Shown piece by piece: positions 23,627 to 35,942 of a stretch of 64,000 bases of DNA. The translations under genes were made by a program, and so were the position numbers. The DNA lies in NCBI GenBank assembly GCA_965655095.1, contig OZ296648.1, positions 22,506,001-22,570,000 on the forward strand. Direction: 5' to 3'. The first letter of the stretch is position 1, and every line of letters begins with the position of its first letter. The stretch comes from Haplodiscus bocki. Taxonomy: Eukaryota. Below the pieces are notes generated by a model, which saw only the letters and a list, made by a program, of their open reading frames with translations, ran no database searches and was not told the DNA's origin.

Positions 23627-24440
23627 TGTCGGGTGAGATTTTCAATCGCCGTGTCGGGTGAGGTTCTGAAAGCTTCAGCGTCCTTATTAAGAAGGGTCCC
23701 GTCTACGGACGATAGGCACGGAGACCTGCCGTTGGGTAACTTGCGCCCAGTTGTCTTGGATTAGCTGGTTGAGCAAATGAGTGAGGGTTGAAATCTGCTC
23801 GTTAAGATGTTCTAAATTAGCCTTGATCCTTTCTTTAATTAGCTCAGGTGACATCCGATTGATGTTTCCGTCGACCTCCTTTGCGCCAGGTTTTTCGGAT
23901 AAGTCAGCGGTGTTTTCGGTATTTACGGACATTTTCGGATGTACACTCTGTCTATAAGTTTTGTCAGTTCTAAGAGTCATACAGTCAGGAGAAACGCTCA
24001 TTGTTGAATAGTTTTATATATAATTTGCAACTATTAGTAATGTTGCAACAGGGTAAAGTCTATGGAATTTACGAATGAAAAGGCAAACAGATGTAAAGGT
24101 ATATGTGTGCCGATCTATGGAATAGAGCGTAATGTAGGCCAATGAGGTTTGATGTACATCAATGCAAGTTCACTGATGAATAGCAATGGCTCGGAACTGA
24201 CGAGAAAGGATGAATATCTCTCATTATGATCTGCTTACAGCTGGTTCCCTTTTAAATGAGCAATTGATGCGCCCTCGGCAATCTGGTTAGCGCTTGTTAA
24301 AAAATGTTCGGTTTTGCCTGCTCCTGGACGGATTTGCGCGGTCACGTGGCCAATGGTAAGACGCACTTCTCACAATTAGTTACCTCTGGGAGTTAAATGA
24401 TTAATTAAGATATGAAGCGCCAATCCGTCGCTAGAGTGTC
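23627..24440 (-). mobile_element. Solo LTR containing a 104-codon gag-N-terminus-like ORF (23687-24001)
   Basis: Ends ...CACCCGACA; shares TGCGTCTTACCAT.GG..ACGTG.CC.CG.AAATCC with 42443-43113; ORF contains MTLRTDKTY. 5' boundary approximate. Confidence 0.6.
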
Positions 24441-24619
24441 AAACGCATAATATTTATGCAAAGTAGTGAAAAAAACTATGAAAAAAGTGAATTGGTGTCA
24501 GTTTTCGTTCAACTATTGGAAATACTTTTCAAATGAGACGTAGGATTGACATTTAAGCTTAGGCTACTTGAATGAAGGTATGTGGTACTTTTTACAACTT
24601 TTAACGGAAAATTTTCGTG

Positions 24620-25420
24620 TGCTAGATTGCCGAGATAGCTCGATTCAAACAGACATCGAGAATTAATTGTATACTTGATGTGTCAGTTATTTCGGTTGGG
24701 GGCGTTTCTACTGTTACAGTCCGTCCGGGGCATTGCAAATTGTCTAATGAACTAATACGTCTGCTGTTTCTGAGTCTGAAAGTAGTCTGCACTGAGACAT
24801 CAAAAAATGTCTGCATTAGCGCCATTACAATTAATTAGATGAGTAAGCATCAAAAAATATATATTTTACGTCACCAAGTAAATTTTTATTCACAGACATC
24901 CGAAAAACACTGACCTTTGGAGTAACTGTATCATGTTTATACTTTCGCGTGTTGTATCCATCGGTTGCTGTCGGTAGCTTAGTTACAGATGTGTTATTCA
25001 CTGGTTTTCTAACCTGGGAGGATGGAAAGCCTTTTATTTCGATAACTTCCCCAAAATGCAATCTGCTTGTATTCTATCTATTGCCAACATGCGTCTCTCT
25101 TCTTCTATTGAGAGTTTTCGTATTTAACTAGGGCAAAGTTTACTATGCGGCAAGAAATCCAGACGGATGTGGCACAGACTCAGCTCATTTGTTCAAATAT
25201 TAGTCTCAATAGCAGAGTTAATGCATTACAAGAGGCAGTTGTAATAATGCAAGTTTCCGGCCGAAGCTTACCAGTGTCTGTTAAAGTCCTAATATGCTTT
25301 TTCACCTTTGAGGTTCAGTCTGAATCTAGCGCCAATCTGTTTCAAGTTTCTGGTTGTTTCTGCGTTGTCTTTGGTGTATATTGAACTGCTAATTTTTGGA
25401 ACGCTCAGCAAAGCATTACT
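24620..25420 (-). pseudogene. Degenerate coding-like stretch, unidentified
   Basis: Consecutive minus-strand ORF fragments (24622-24825, 24831-25061) and a stop-interrupted upstream frame; no motif recognised. Confidence 0.25.
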
Positions 25421-27489
25421 CAATTTCATTTACTACACAATGTGTTATGTAAAATATAAGTGCTTTCATATCGGGGGAAAAGCGGAAGTAAAATGAAATA
25501 CTTTTCTTTTTTATTATTGAGCATTTTTTGGCTACAGAACTTGCATTAAGATGTTATTTACTATAGCTGCTGCATGCATATATAACAGATACGTAATGTT
25601 GAGGATATGTAGATGGCTAAGTATTTCCATCATGCGAGGATGAAAACTGATGTCCGAGATTAAGTCAATCTTTCTTGGCGTTAGGCGATTGTTCGGACAA
25701 CCCAAAAACTATGAACATCTTTTCTGTGTTTTTCAAGGTGCTTTAAGGTTTCCACGAGACAGTCGCAATCCATCTCGAAATTTGATCAATGCGTTTTTTA
25801 ACTTTTTTAAGTAATTGAAGCTTTGATTTTCCGTTTCTTAAGATGGCTTGGAAGTGGTATATAGCATCCTAACAAAAATGAATCATCAGCTTTAAGTTTC
25901 TTCCGTACCGTTCAATGAAGCAAGTCATTTATTTGCTCAAACATACAGGAAAAGATATTCAAGTTCTCACAACTCACGGTTTCTGTTCCAGAAACTCTAT
26001 CGTTTGAAGGACGTGATCGCTATCATGCAAAGCTGTTCTTTTTCTCAAAAAAACTCAAGAAAGGAAATCTGTAACGTCTGTAGAAAAACACAATATTTCT
26101 ATACTCTACATGAACATTTGTCGGTTCAAAAGGTTTCGAGAGGACTGCTTTTTTCTGTTTTCCCGATAAAATTCCCACTTTTGCATTTTTCAAAAATCCA
26201 GTTTTTCAAAAATTTTAAGGTTTGTGTGAGCTTCCAGCAATCTTGTTTTCAAAACTTTATCTAATCAAAACCTTGCCTGCATGTTCTAGCAAAAAACTGC
26301 TGGTTAAATTCTGGAACTTCAGGTTGACCTAACTCCACGGAGAGTTGAACGCTACCACCATCTCAACTCAAAAATTTTATGTTTACATGACAAATAATGC
26401 CTGACTAAAAATCGCATGACTCGTGAATAACTAATCATAAAACAAAAAATTCAAACTTTTCAATCATGTTGGGGCAAGGAGATGCTTTTGAAACCAAACT
26501 GATTAAACTATTCCAAGGTTTTCAAAGTTTAGCAGATAGTATGAAACCCTAATTAATGGGATAAAAGTGACAAACAATTTAGTAAGGTGTTCTTTAAGTA
26601 AAAGAAAAGCAACAGTTGAGAGATATTTACGTGGAAACTTTCAAAAAGTGTGGATTGCACTCATGAAAAGTGGGCGAGTTGATGCTCTGCAGTTTTGAGG
26701 CAACAAGTACAGAAAGTGACCTTTCGGTTTTGTAAAACATCAAAATTGCCCCAAAAAGGCGCGAAATCTTTGCTTTTTTTGCCAGAATAGTTTATAAATC
26801 AAAATCAAAGCTGACAAACAAATGACTCAGGAATAATTCGTTCAGTTTAATGAACTGAATTTATCAATGAGGTAAGATTTCAGAAAAAAATCAGATTTCC
26901 CTATGAAAATATGGCCTAACTCAAGTACTTCGAATTCGAATTTGAATCTAACAAAAAATACAGTAAATTCAAATCAAGCTCAGAGTGTCAGTTAAGAAGA
27001 GCCACCGTAGTGCCCGGAAAAATTTTTGGTATGAGATTGGGCTGGAAATCTGTATGTAGGTTCAATGGGTAGGTGAAACTGCGAAACTATGTCAATAACA
27101 TCACGTGACTTTCAACTATGGCACTTTAAATGTTAAAGCAAGGTCAAAAGTAGAGTTCATTATCTCACATTGTTTCAAGGGTGAAAATATGCTATAATGC
27201 ACGGTATCGGTGCCATCAGATGCTAGGCAGTTGCTATGGCAATGTTTGGCCTCAAACCAAATATCATAACTCTCATCCATAAAACGAAATTTTTCAAGTT
27301 CCTAAGTGTTTCGCCGCAACAATTTCGGAAATCTTTCTGCTTTATTGTTGTTTGTAGTCCATAGTCTAAAGTTACCGATCAGTATAAATTTAGCCTCTAG
27401 AAAAGTATTTCTTTAGAGAAATGTCAGATCTCATCCATTTGAGGTTGCTCTTTTTTAATTTTTTGCGCCTTTTTCATAATATGGAAAGA

Positions 27490-27935
27490 AAATCATGTGC
27501 GAACGTTTTTTTACCCGATGTTTGACAATTGATGTCTGATGTTGCGACACTTTCTGACCGTGAATTTTTTTTACCAAATTGTAGCAAGTTTGCCGTAGAA
27601 TGGGACTGAAATAGTAAGATTTCTCAAAACGTACTAACTTTGCATTTTTTCTGAAAAAATAGATTGGTTTTCTCGAAAAAACTTGAATCTTCCAGAAATC
27701 GCTAATTGTGTCAAAATTTCTGTAGAATTCTTATCAAATGGTATTATTTCTTCAAAGTGTCTTTTCCACCTTATATGTGAGGTTTTTAAGGGAAAATTAA
27801 GGAAATTGCCAAAGTGGGAATAATCAGAAAATATGTTGTAGAAACACAGCATTCTGAAAAAAACGCTTTCTCCTAAAAAGGCATCTCTTCCAAAACGGGA
27901 AAGTGGAAATTATACCATTGGCAGCGGGCCGTCTT
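27490..27935 (-). mobile_element. Copy of the 'AAGACGGCCGG' non-autonomous interspersed family
   Basis: Reverse complement begins AAGACGGCCCGCTGCCAATGGTATAATTTCC and aligns by eye for several hundred bp with 40087-40500. Confidence 0.75.
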
Positions 27936-30327
27936 CTTTAGTATCTATTGTGAAATTTCTGTGAATTAATTGTGAGCCAAATATCACGCTTCTTTCGATT
28001 TCCGCTTCTCCTCACAGACCATTTCGGTTAGGAATAGTGATTTTCATTTAGGTTACACCTAGTAATTTTCGCTTTTTGCCTTTTTGGCGCGAATTTGGCG
28101 CGTTAATTGAGTCCCGAAAATTTTCGTTTTATTCGATTGCAGCAAAAACGTCTGGTTTTTGTTGGTAACTATTTACAAGGATAAAGCTCTTTTGCAAGAT
28201 TGTTTGCTTATGATGCCTGCCATTTTGATTTAGATCATAATTTGATGAATCATAATCATGATTTATGATGTGCAAAAACAAGAACCTTTTGCTTTTTTGC
28301 GTGCATTAGACCTGTGAATTACAGTAGTGTTTTAAAAGAAGGGAAATCCTACGCGTAAATTGACCAAATTTAGACATCAATATCTTTGGAACTAGAGAAA
28401 TGGCTAGTTTTGGTAGAAAGAAAAGTTTCCTCGATTTTTGTCTAGTTTAGAACCGTTTTTGCTGCAACAATTGGGGATGAATACAGCAAAAGTTAGAAAT
28501 GGCGATTTCGAGAAAAATTCGAACAAATTTCATATTTTTTTGATAATTAAAGGTCTCAATGAAAATTTTTTTGGACACAAGTTGTAAGTAAATTTTCTCT
28601 TAAAAATCTTAAAACCATTAAAATACCTGGTTTTCAAAAAACAATTCAAATTGCGCACAAAACTGTTGTTTTCACACTATCAACCTTGAAGTTGCATGTT
28701 TTGAATTAAATGTTGAGATTTGTGTTTTGAAAATTTGCGATATCTATTTAAATTCAAAGTATTTCTTCAATCAAAATACATCACGGAATTCAAGCAGTTC
28801 TGGGAAATTGTTTTGATTGATAATTTTTTGACGAAATTTTTTCTAAATTGGTGAAACTTCAAAAAAACGACAGAGGTTCCCAAAATTGGAGAACATTAAC
28901 CAATGAGATTGCGAATTGAGAGCAAAGAACATTATCTTTTCGGCTGAAGAGCGTCAGTGAACATTCTTAAGCACCATTCTCTTAAAACACTACTGTAGTA
29001 TCTAAGCTTTAAACTGACAGTGTCCGTTTTTATACATATGTAGAGACAACCCTCTAGTATTACAACTCAAAACATCGACCAAAATACATGTATTTTGATC
29101 GAAATTGCCGCACAACACAAATTTGCTGTTCATTTTTAATAAAGGTAACAAAGGTAAAAAGGCTGAAGATATTGGTCGTTCAAAAAAAATCAATTATCTG
29201 CTAGGAGTAGAATTACAATATTTTATGTTCCGTATAAAAAACCATGTCGGTGGAAAATTTCTCCGAAAAATAAACCATGGTCACGCTCAATCTTCTATTT
29301 TATTTAAAAAGTATTCGGAAACACTAATAGGCTCGGAGGTAGAGGCGTTTCAGAAAAATTCGAGAGATATCGCGATTTTTGCGCAAAAAAGGCAAAAATA
29401 AAAAGCACAATTCATTCATCCGCCAAAAAGATATCAATAGGGCATTCTCGTTTCTCTCCAAGCCCTCAAAGAATCAACGAATCAACTGCAAACAGCAAAT
29501 TATATCAGCGAAAGGAATTTTGAGAAAGTCGAAGTAATCTGATATTTCGTGGGTCGGCACAAATGCCAGTGCAGTGAGACCACGCAGGTTTCAGTAATGT
29601 GGTTTTTGAGAGCTTTTTTTAAGTATTCTGCCGTTAATTCCCATTGCTATCAAATAAAGCGACAGATATCCCGTTGGGATAGATTCGCGATCGATTATGT
29701 TACTATAGAGTTGACGCCGTTACTTCCATGGGATTTCAGTGGGGGGAAAATTGTTTGTTTCAAGTTATCTTCAGATAAGCTACCATTGACTACTTAACTT
29801 TCGCAGTATCAGAAAATTCAAGGGAAATGCTTCCAAGAAGGCTTTGTGTGGTGTGGGATTGGAAGTTGCAGCCAAAAAAGTGATTTCTATCAACTCTCTC
29901 ATTGCTTCATTCTTGGCGGCATCAAGGGCAAGGGCACGTGTGTGCTCATTTATTCTTTTTTTTGTATTTCAATATTAATTGTTTATTGGTATAAGGATTT
30001 TTTCTGGCAAAAATGATTTTCGTCTTCGAGCATTTTCGAACCACGTAATGTGGAGATATAACCAATTGAAACGTCTGAAAGTAGAAGGCCATGGACGTTA
30101 AAAATATACTAACTAACTACGGTTCAATCTAAAATTCAACTTACGCTTTTTCATAGTTATTGCCCTATAATCCTCGCAGTTTAACCAAATGTGAAAATTA
30201 CGACAAGTTTTTCGCCTTTAATGTTCCGACAAGTTGCTTTTCGACAATTTTTCCGCCCTTTAATTTTGGACGAGTTGCTTGCGACGAGTTGTTGGTGACA
30301 AGCCATTTGCGACGAGTTTTTCATATA

Positions 30328-31459
30328 CACTAGTGTGATTAAAGAATCGGACTCCTTACTGTGAGAAAAGTTTCGGACGGTATTCTTCTGAGCAAATAAA
30401 TTACTAATTAACAGAAATTAGTTTTGAGAAACTTAATTCTCGGCAAATACAGTTGACAAGTTTCATAAAATTAGTTGGCTTAAAGAGTTTGAGGATGCCT
30501 AATTGCAGTATTGAAGCTAAACAAAAGGTAGTTTCACTTTACCACAAAGGATATAGTTTATTTTCAATTTCGAAGGCTACGTATGTTCCAAAAAGCACGT
30601 GTTGGGATATTGTTCGAAGATATAATTCCCGCGGACATGTCAAAAATCGAAAAAGTCCGGGTAGACCGAAAAATTTGGATTCTAAAGAGGAAAAACGTTT
30701 GATAAATTTATCACAGAATGATCCCAAAAAAATTCAACTCAACTTTTATGGCATCTTAACCCGAAAAAAATTGTTCCACAAGTTTGATACGAAGAATATT
30801 AATCTCCTATAATTTGCATGCCAGAATTGCTATCAAAAAACCCTATCTTACGGCGAAAAATCGACTTGCCAGAAAAGTTTGGGCAAAAGAGCACGCTTTA
30901 CTTCCCAAAATTTTCTGGCAAAATGTGCTGTTTTCGGACAAAACAACTCTGGAACTGCACCCTAACAAACGAGTATTAGTCCGTCGTTTACCCAATACCG
31001 GAATGGAAAAGAAGAATTCATCGGAAACCCAAAAATTTGGCGGAAAAATATTGATTCGATCCTTTCAAAGACTTGGTTTTCCGAAAATGGATTAGAAATT
31101 CTCGAAAACTGGCCACCGAATTCACCAGACATCAATATTATCGAAAATGTTTGGAGTCTGCGAAAGAAAAGAGTTTTCCAAAGACATCCCAAAAATATTG
31201 AGGAATTTTGGGCATTTTGTCAAGAAGAATTCAAAAGAATACCTTTGGAGTACATTCAAAACTTATATAACTCAATTCCAGATAGATTAAATAAAATTGT
31301 CCAGTGTAATGGAAAAAACATTAAATTTTGAGTTTTTTTATTGTTAGTTTCAATGGTTTTTGTATTTATTTTTTGATAGAATTGCTTCTGCAGGAGATTT
31401 TATTGATTGTCCGAAACTTTTCTCACAGTAAGGAGTCCGATTCTTTTATCACACTAGTG
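30328..31459 (+). mobile_element. Tc1-family DNA transposon, 1132 bp, internally deleted
   Basis: 51-bp TIRs CACTAGTGTGATTAAAGAATCGGACTCC...TTCGGAC with one mismatch; TA target duplication at 30326-27 and 31460-61. Confidence 0.97.
30495..31331 (+). pseudogene. Tc1 transposase pseudogene
   Basis: N-terminal HTH with SPGRPK linker, RIAIKKPYLT..NRLARKVWAKEH, VLFSD (first catalytic D) and, in another frame, WPPNSPDINIIENVW (catalytic E). Frameshifts; the segment carrying the second catalytic D is missing. Confidence 0.93.
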
Positions 31460-32209
31460 TATCCCCTTTCATACTAAGTGACCAAAGAGCTTTAAATTTC
31501 AGAGCGGAGTTTAAACAGAATATTGTGAGCGAATTATCAAAAGTTGTGTAGATGAGGTTTTGTGGGCTCATTGAATCAAATCGCATGATCGTATTCGATG
31601 TTTTTGTTACAGTTTTTCATTATAGGAAATAAAGTGCGAATCTTATCATTGGTGACACCTCGTTACACTGAGACTAAACTTGAACCAGCCTTTGCAGAAC
31701 CCATTTTAATGAAATAATGTTTAATGAATAACGCAACCAAATAATCAGTAGTTGTTTGTTCCAATAAGCCAACACAAATTTCAGTTAGTTTCGCTGTGCC
31801 AGAAAATGAAACATTATAACTCTGTGTTCAACAGAACTATATGACCCGAAAAACGATACATGTTTAAAATTGGAAACTATCAGACAAGCTATGGTTGGTA
31901 TATATTTTAAGGCGGTGAAACTTCATTATATCTCGCATGCTAATCATCGGAAGTGACACCTGAATTGAATAAAAAAGGGCAAAAATGACCATATTAGGTC
32001 CAGATTATGAAAGTTGTCTAGAGTTGTTTAACCGAGACTATGCAATTTTCTCTGTTTTATATGCAATTTATGTTTGATAGAAGTGTCATTATTTCGGTTG
32101 ACTGACAAGTAAGGCAAAAAATTTCTCAAGCATTCTGGCGTCTTGTTAGCATTTTTGAGAGCTGAACAAATATTATCGTTTTTTTTTTGGGTCACCTAAT
32201 GTAACTCAC

Positions 32210-32298
32210 CCTCAGATCAGGACCCATTAAGAAGTCTCTGTACTGCAACTTCTGCAAACTGTGTAGCCTGATCGCATCCCAAACCATTTCTGCGTCTT
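32210..32298 (-). CDS. Internal exon of the hidden gene (KDAEMVWDAIRLHSLQKLQYRDFLMGPDLR)
   Basis: Acceptor ttttgtttccag|, donor AGG|gtgagt, 89 nt; the only open frame starts in phase 1 and ends in phase 0, matching both neighbours. Confidence 0.7.
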
Positions 32299-32324
32299 CT
32301 GGAAACAAAATGAGCCGAACGATC

Positions 32325-33128
32325 TACACTGAACTTTTTCCTCAGGCAAATCAGATAGGAACTCAGGTAATTTTACCTGACGGACTCAGGTTAAAAGAGA
32401 CTACCTATAGACTACCTACTTATAAGTATACTCGAAATTACCTGAGAATCAACTGTGAATCGAGAATTGTAGATCTGGGATATAACCACTTGAGAACTCA
32501 GGTATATAAAAATCTCTGGTATTTTCAGCTGAGTTCTCGAGGTAATTTCAACATTATTTTTTCATTCAATGTGCCTCAACTAAGGGTATTTTCCTTAAAA
32601 TAGGTTTTTATCGAGGTTTGGTTTTGTGAAGTCCGCTGTTAGCAGACTTCATCTCTTTGTTGCACTATACAAGGTCCAACTTCTCTGACTCAAGCAATTG
32701 TGAAGGCACAGTCAAAAATTTTCTCTGCTATTTGCTATAGAAGATGAATTGAAGTTCATTTTTTTTCGGATTCGTGTTCTGAATTGAACTTTCTGTACCA
32801 ACTCTTCAAATAAAATCTCTTTTGCCAATCAGGCTCTGGTCATTTAAATTTCCATTGTAATGAATGGCGGACTAAAACATGGTTTCGTTTGAGAAATAAA
32901 CTAAAAAGACCCCTTGATTCAGAAGGATTCAGAATTTTTTGCTCAAGGACTACGTTAGTAATTTTTTGAATCACCACCTGATTTAACTCAGGTAGTTCAA
33001 ACTACAAATCGAAATTCCTCGAGAACTCAAGTAAAGACCCTGATTTTTAGATTTAATGAGGTGACTCGGGTAAAAACAGCCTGAGTTAACGTTTCAGGCT
33101 AATCTGTTTCCAAGTTACTTCAGTCTAA
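32325..33128. mobile_element. MITE-like element with AACTCAGGTA/TACCTGAG subterminal motifs, inside an intron
   Basis: Motif clusters at 32340-32545 and 32970-33100; loose inverted ends TACACTGAA / TTCAGTCTA. Confidence 0.5.
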
Positions 33129-33179
33129 GGTTCTGCTTTCTTATCCTCAGTGGTAAAAATGAAAATTAGAGAAACTAAC

Positions 33180-33283
33180 TTTTGTCAGATTTATCACTGA
33201 GCTTGAGCGCATCTGGGGCGATTGTTCTGGTGGGAGGAGCTTCAGGATTGATGATGTGACTGGACCAGAAAGGACCAAATGTT
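33180..33283 (-). CDS. Internal exon of the hidden gene (TFGPFWSSHIINPEAPPTRTIAPDALKLSDKSDK)
   Basis: Acceptor tttgttctag|, donor AAA|gttagt, 104 nt, GC-rich island; phase 2 to phase 1 frame is open and compatible with 32210-32298. Confidence 0.65.
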
Positions 33284-33769
33284 CTAGAACAAATAATTTT
33301 CAAGGTTATTTACTTTATTTCTTTACGCTTTCATTTATTTTACGCTTCCATGATTTATGTAGAAAGGAGAATTATTCAATGGCTAGTGCCGTTTCTTTTT
33401 TCAGACGGATTTTGACAACTTAGAATTTGTTCAGTTGTTCACTTCTAATGAGAATTAGTGACAAGCCCTCAGTGTTTCCGTTTTTTAATTTGAAGCGTTA
33501 TATCTCAAAGCGTATTGGTCGAAGCGTTGTCGTTTTTTGAAAACCTGTACGGCAAGGCTGCCAATGACCTTGTCTCAAACTTTCGCCGTCTGAAATTTTT
33601 CGCCGAGAAGTTATAAGCGAAAATAAACTGAACACGCCGAAATTTTTTGAGGCAAATTGTCAAATTTGACAAGCATCGGAATCATGCGCATACGAAAAAT
33701 GCGCATATTCGAGGAATCGATTCAAAATCAACCTATCAGGATGACGTACTAGATCGAAATTTTTTTGGG

Positions 33770-34300
33770 AATTTTCTCGCTGGAGTTTCGGCGGAAAATT
33801 TTGCGAAAAAAACTCGAAATTTTCCTGTTTTCCGACAATGTTACCAACTGGAGAGCGTGCATTTGAATTAGTTGGTTTGAATCACTCATTGAATATTTTT
33901 CAGTCGTCAAGTAGACCTTGTGGTGCGTCAGGAACTTTTTTTCGTTTTGTTTCGGCGGTCTTTTAGCATAAATTTTTGCAAAAAAGTTGGAAAAATTCAT
34001 GTTTTCCGAGGATGTCACCACCTGCAAGGCGTGCAACTACTTTGGCTGTTTTGAAAACCTCGTTGATTAACTGTCAGTGGTTGAGTAAAACTTATGATTG
34101 GTCAGGAGTTTTTTTGGTTGTTTCTTTTTTGGCGGTGATTTAACGGAGAGTTTTGCGAAAAATTCAAAAGTTTCGTGTTTTTTGGTCTTTCAACCAGCGT
34201 GGAAGCCCGGAAAAAACTTGAGTGGTCTTTCAAACGTTGATTCAACTTCGTAAAACTACTAGAAGTTACCAATATTCAGAAAAAAATTCCCCGTTTTTTT
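33770..34300. repeat. Diverged ~175-bp tandem repeat, about 3 copies
   Basis: TTTTGC(G)AAAAA...TGTTTTCCGA recurs at about 33826, 34000 and 34176. Confidence 0.65.
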
Positions 34301-35049
34301 GGCAGTTTTTTGAGAAAGTCAGAGTCGACTTTCATTCATTTTTTTTGGATTTTGTTTTTTTTTGACGGGTTTTTACAATGTCTGGAAAGTCTTTAGTTAA
34401 TTCTGTTCAGTAAAAACCGAAGAAAAACCTTGCTAAACAATTCATTTTATGGGAACCTACATTTCTTTTTCCGGCGGAATGAACTTCCCGACAGTGAAAA
34501 CTTTGATTTAAAGAAGTTCCTTCCCTACGGCTTTTTTTCCGTTTTTACTACTAATTTGCTACTTTCACATCTCTTGTACTTTCAACCACTGCCTCAAAAG
34601 TTTTTAAACTGCCTGAATGAAGTCTAATTTTTTTTTAATTTTTACGAGGGATAACGAGAAATTTCACTGATTTTTCCGACAGTCAAAAGTTTGATTAAAA
34701 AATAATTTTTTTTCTTGAGGATTTTTCCGTTTAACTGAAGCCGATGTTTTTCAGAAATTGCTATCTCGTCAGAAGTTACATCCAGTTTTTTGAGCACTGA
34801 TTCAAATTGTATCATGTTGTGTTTTGCGCTAATCTATCCATTGAGTTCGCTGTTCAGGAAGGAATAGCTATAAAAGGATTTTCCCAAGTCGCAACATTTC
34901 TTGCATATATTAGATGCATTTCAGGTAAAGTTCAACGGCTGCAGGAAAAAGCCTTTCCTCAGAAGTCTTTGGAACGATCTTAATTTTTAGGTGCATGTAT
35001 TTTTGGCCCATGCGCAACGTTCGTGATGTTATTTTAGTGATGTTATGTT

Positions 35050-35348
35050 ATTTCTTTCCGGCTCATTTTTCATATATGGAAGGAAATTCATTAGCTCAAC
35101 AATCAGACCCAAGCTGAATATTTTGATTTTTCTTTCTTTTCGAAAGAGTCAGCCTGATTTGATAGTCCTTCTAAGTGAATACTTTTTCTTGCCAGAATTT
35201 GACTTCTTTAAAAAACAATCAAAAGTGTTGAGTCTTGATGCATTTTTACAAATTTTACAGACACTTTTTCGTTCCAGCTACTGCCTTTAAACGTTTCTTC
35301 TCTGATTTGGAAATTGGAAAATATCCCGGAGTTAGCTGGGCGTCTTGT
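35050..35348 (-). mobile_element. Copy of the 'AAGACGGCCGG' family
   Basis: End AAAATATCCCGGAGTTAGCTGGGCGTCTTGT is the reverse complement of the family terminus. Confidence 0.6.
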
Positions 35349-35460
35349 TATTTTTCGCCGCATATGAAATATGCAGGAAAAATTATTCATTCAGTAGGGT
35401 CGTTTTTCTTTTTTTTTCTTTTGAGTCCAAAATTGCCAACTCTTTGTATTCGAAAATAAA

Positions 35461-35529
35461 TGACAGCAGTGAGGTTAGGAAAACAGGGTTCTAAAACAGT
35501 AGGTCCAGGTTCGAGTCTCTGTCGTGCCA
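35461..35529 (+). pseudogene. tRNA-like (SINE-head-like) degenerate unit 1
   Basis: B-box GGTTCGAGTC, ends TGCCA; stems poorly paired. Confidence 0.45.
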
Positions 35530-35571
35530 ATTATTTTTATGATTTCGCTTACTTTTGTCAAAAATTCCAAT

Positions 35572-35645
35572 GGTTACCATAGCACAGTGGGTAGGACAAC
35601 ATGGTCTGGAAGATGTAGGTACGGATTCGAATCCTAAACTTTACC
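35572..35645 (+). pseudogene. tRNA-like degenerate unit 2 (possibly Gln-CTG derived)
   Basis: A-box-like TAGCACAGTGG, B-box-like GATTCGAATCC at tRNA spacing, ACAT/ATGT stem around CTG; acceptor stem broken. Confidence 0.5.
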
Positions 35646-35670
35646 TACAATTTTAAACATAAATATTAAG

Positions 35671-35942
35671 ACGGAAAATCGCGATACCGCCCCCCTCTTA
35701 TGCATGAAATTTTTCGATGCCCGAAATTAGCGTAAAACTAAAGGGTTCTCCTGCGAAATTTTTCGGCACTGTTAGACAAAAAATTTTCGACGGAAAAACG
35801 TCATATCCCCGCCCTCTTATCCATAAAATTTTTCGATACCCGAAATTTTCTGAAACATTGACGGGTTCCCCCACGAAATTTTTCGGCGCTGTGAGTTTGA
35901 AAACTTTCAACGGAAAATCGTGATACCCCTCTTTTGCATAAA
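35671..35942 (+). repeat. 119-120-bp tandem repeat, about 2.3 copies, inside an element ending at 36092 with the 'AAGACGGCCGG' terminus
   Basis: ACGGAAAA.CG at 35671, 35790 and 35910; terminus GCCAGTGCTAACCGGCCGTCTTGT at 36069-36092. Confidence 0.85.

Noticed and set aside
25638-25660. Hammerhead ribozyme core (CTGATG / GAAA words)
   Set aside because: Order and flanking helices do not fit the hammerhead consensus; explained by the short dispersed palindrome.
26631-26686. Possible extra exon SINSPTFHECNPHFLKVS in the large intron
   Set aside because: Weak polypyrimidine tract; inclusion would shift the next exon into a frame that stops before its strong donor.
29780-29970. Minus-strand RINEHTRAL peptide reminiscent of a GIY-YIG endonuclease, or an exon
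   Set aside because: No GIY/YIG motifs or RT nearby; several frames are open on both strands, so it cannot be assigned.
35461-35645. Functional tRNA genes
   Set aside because: Acceptor and T stems do not pair; embedded in a repeat. Kept only as tRNA-like remnants.
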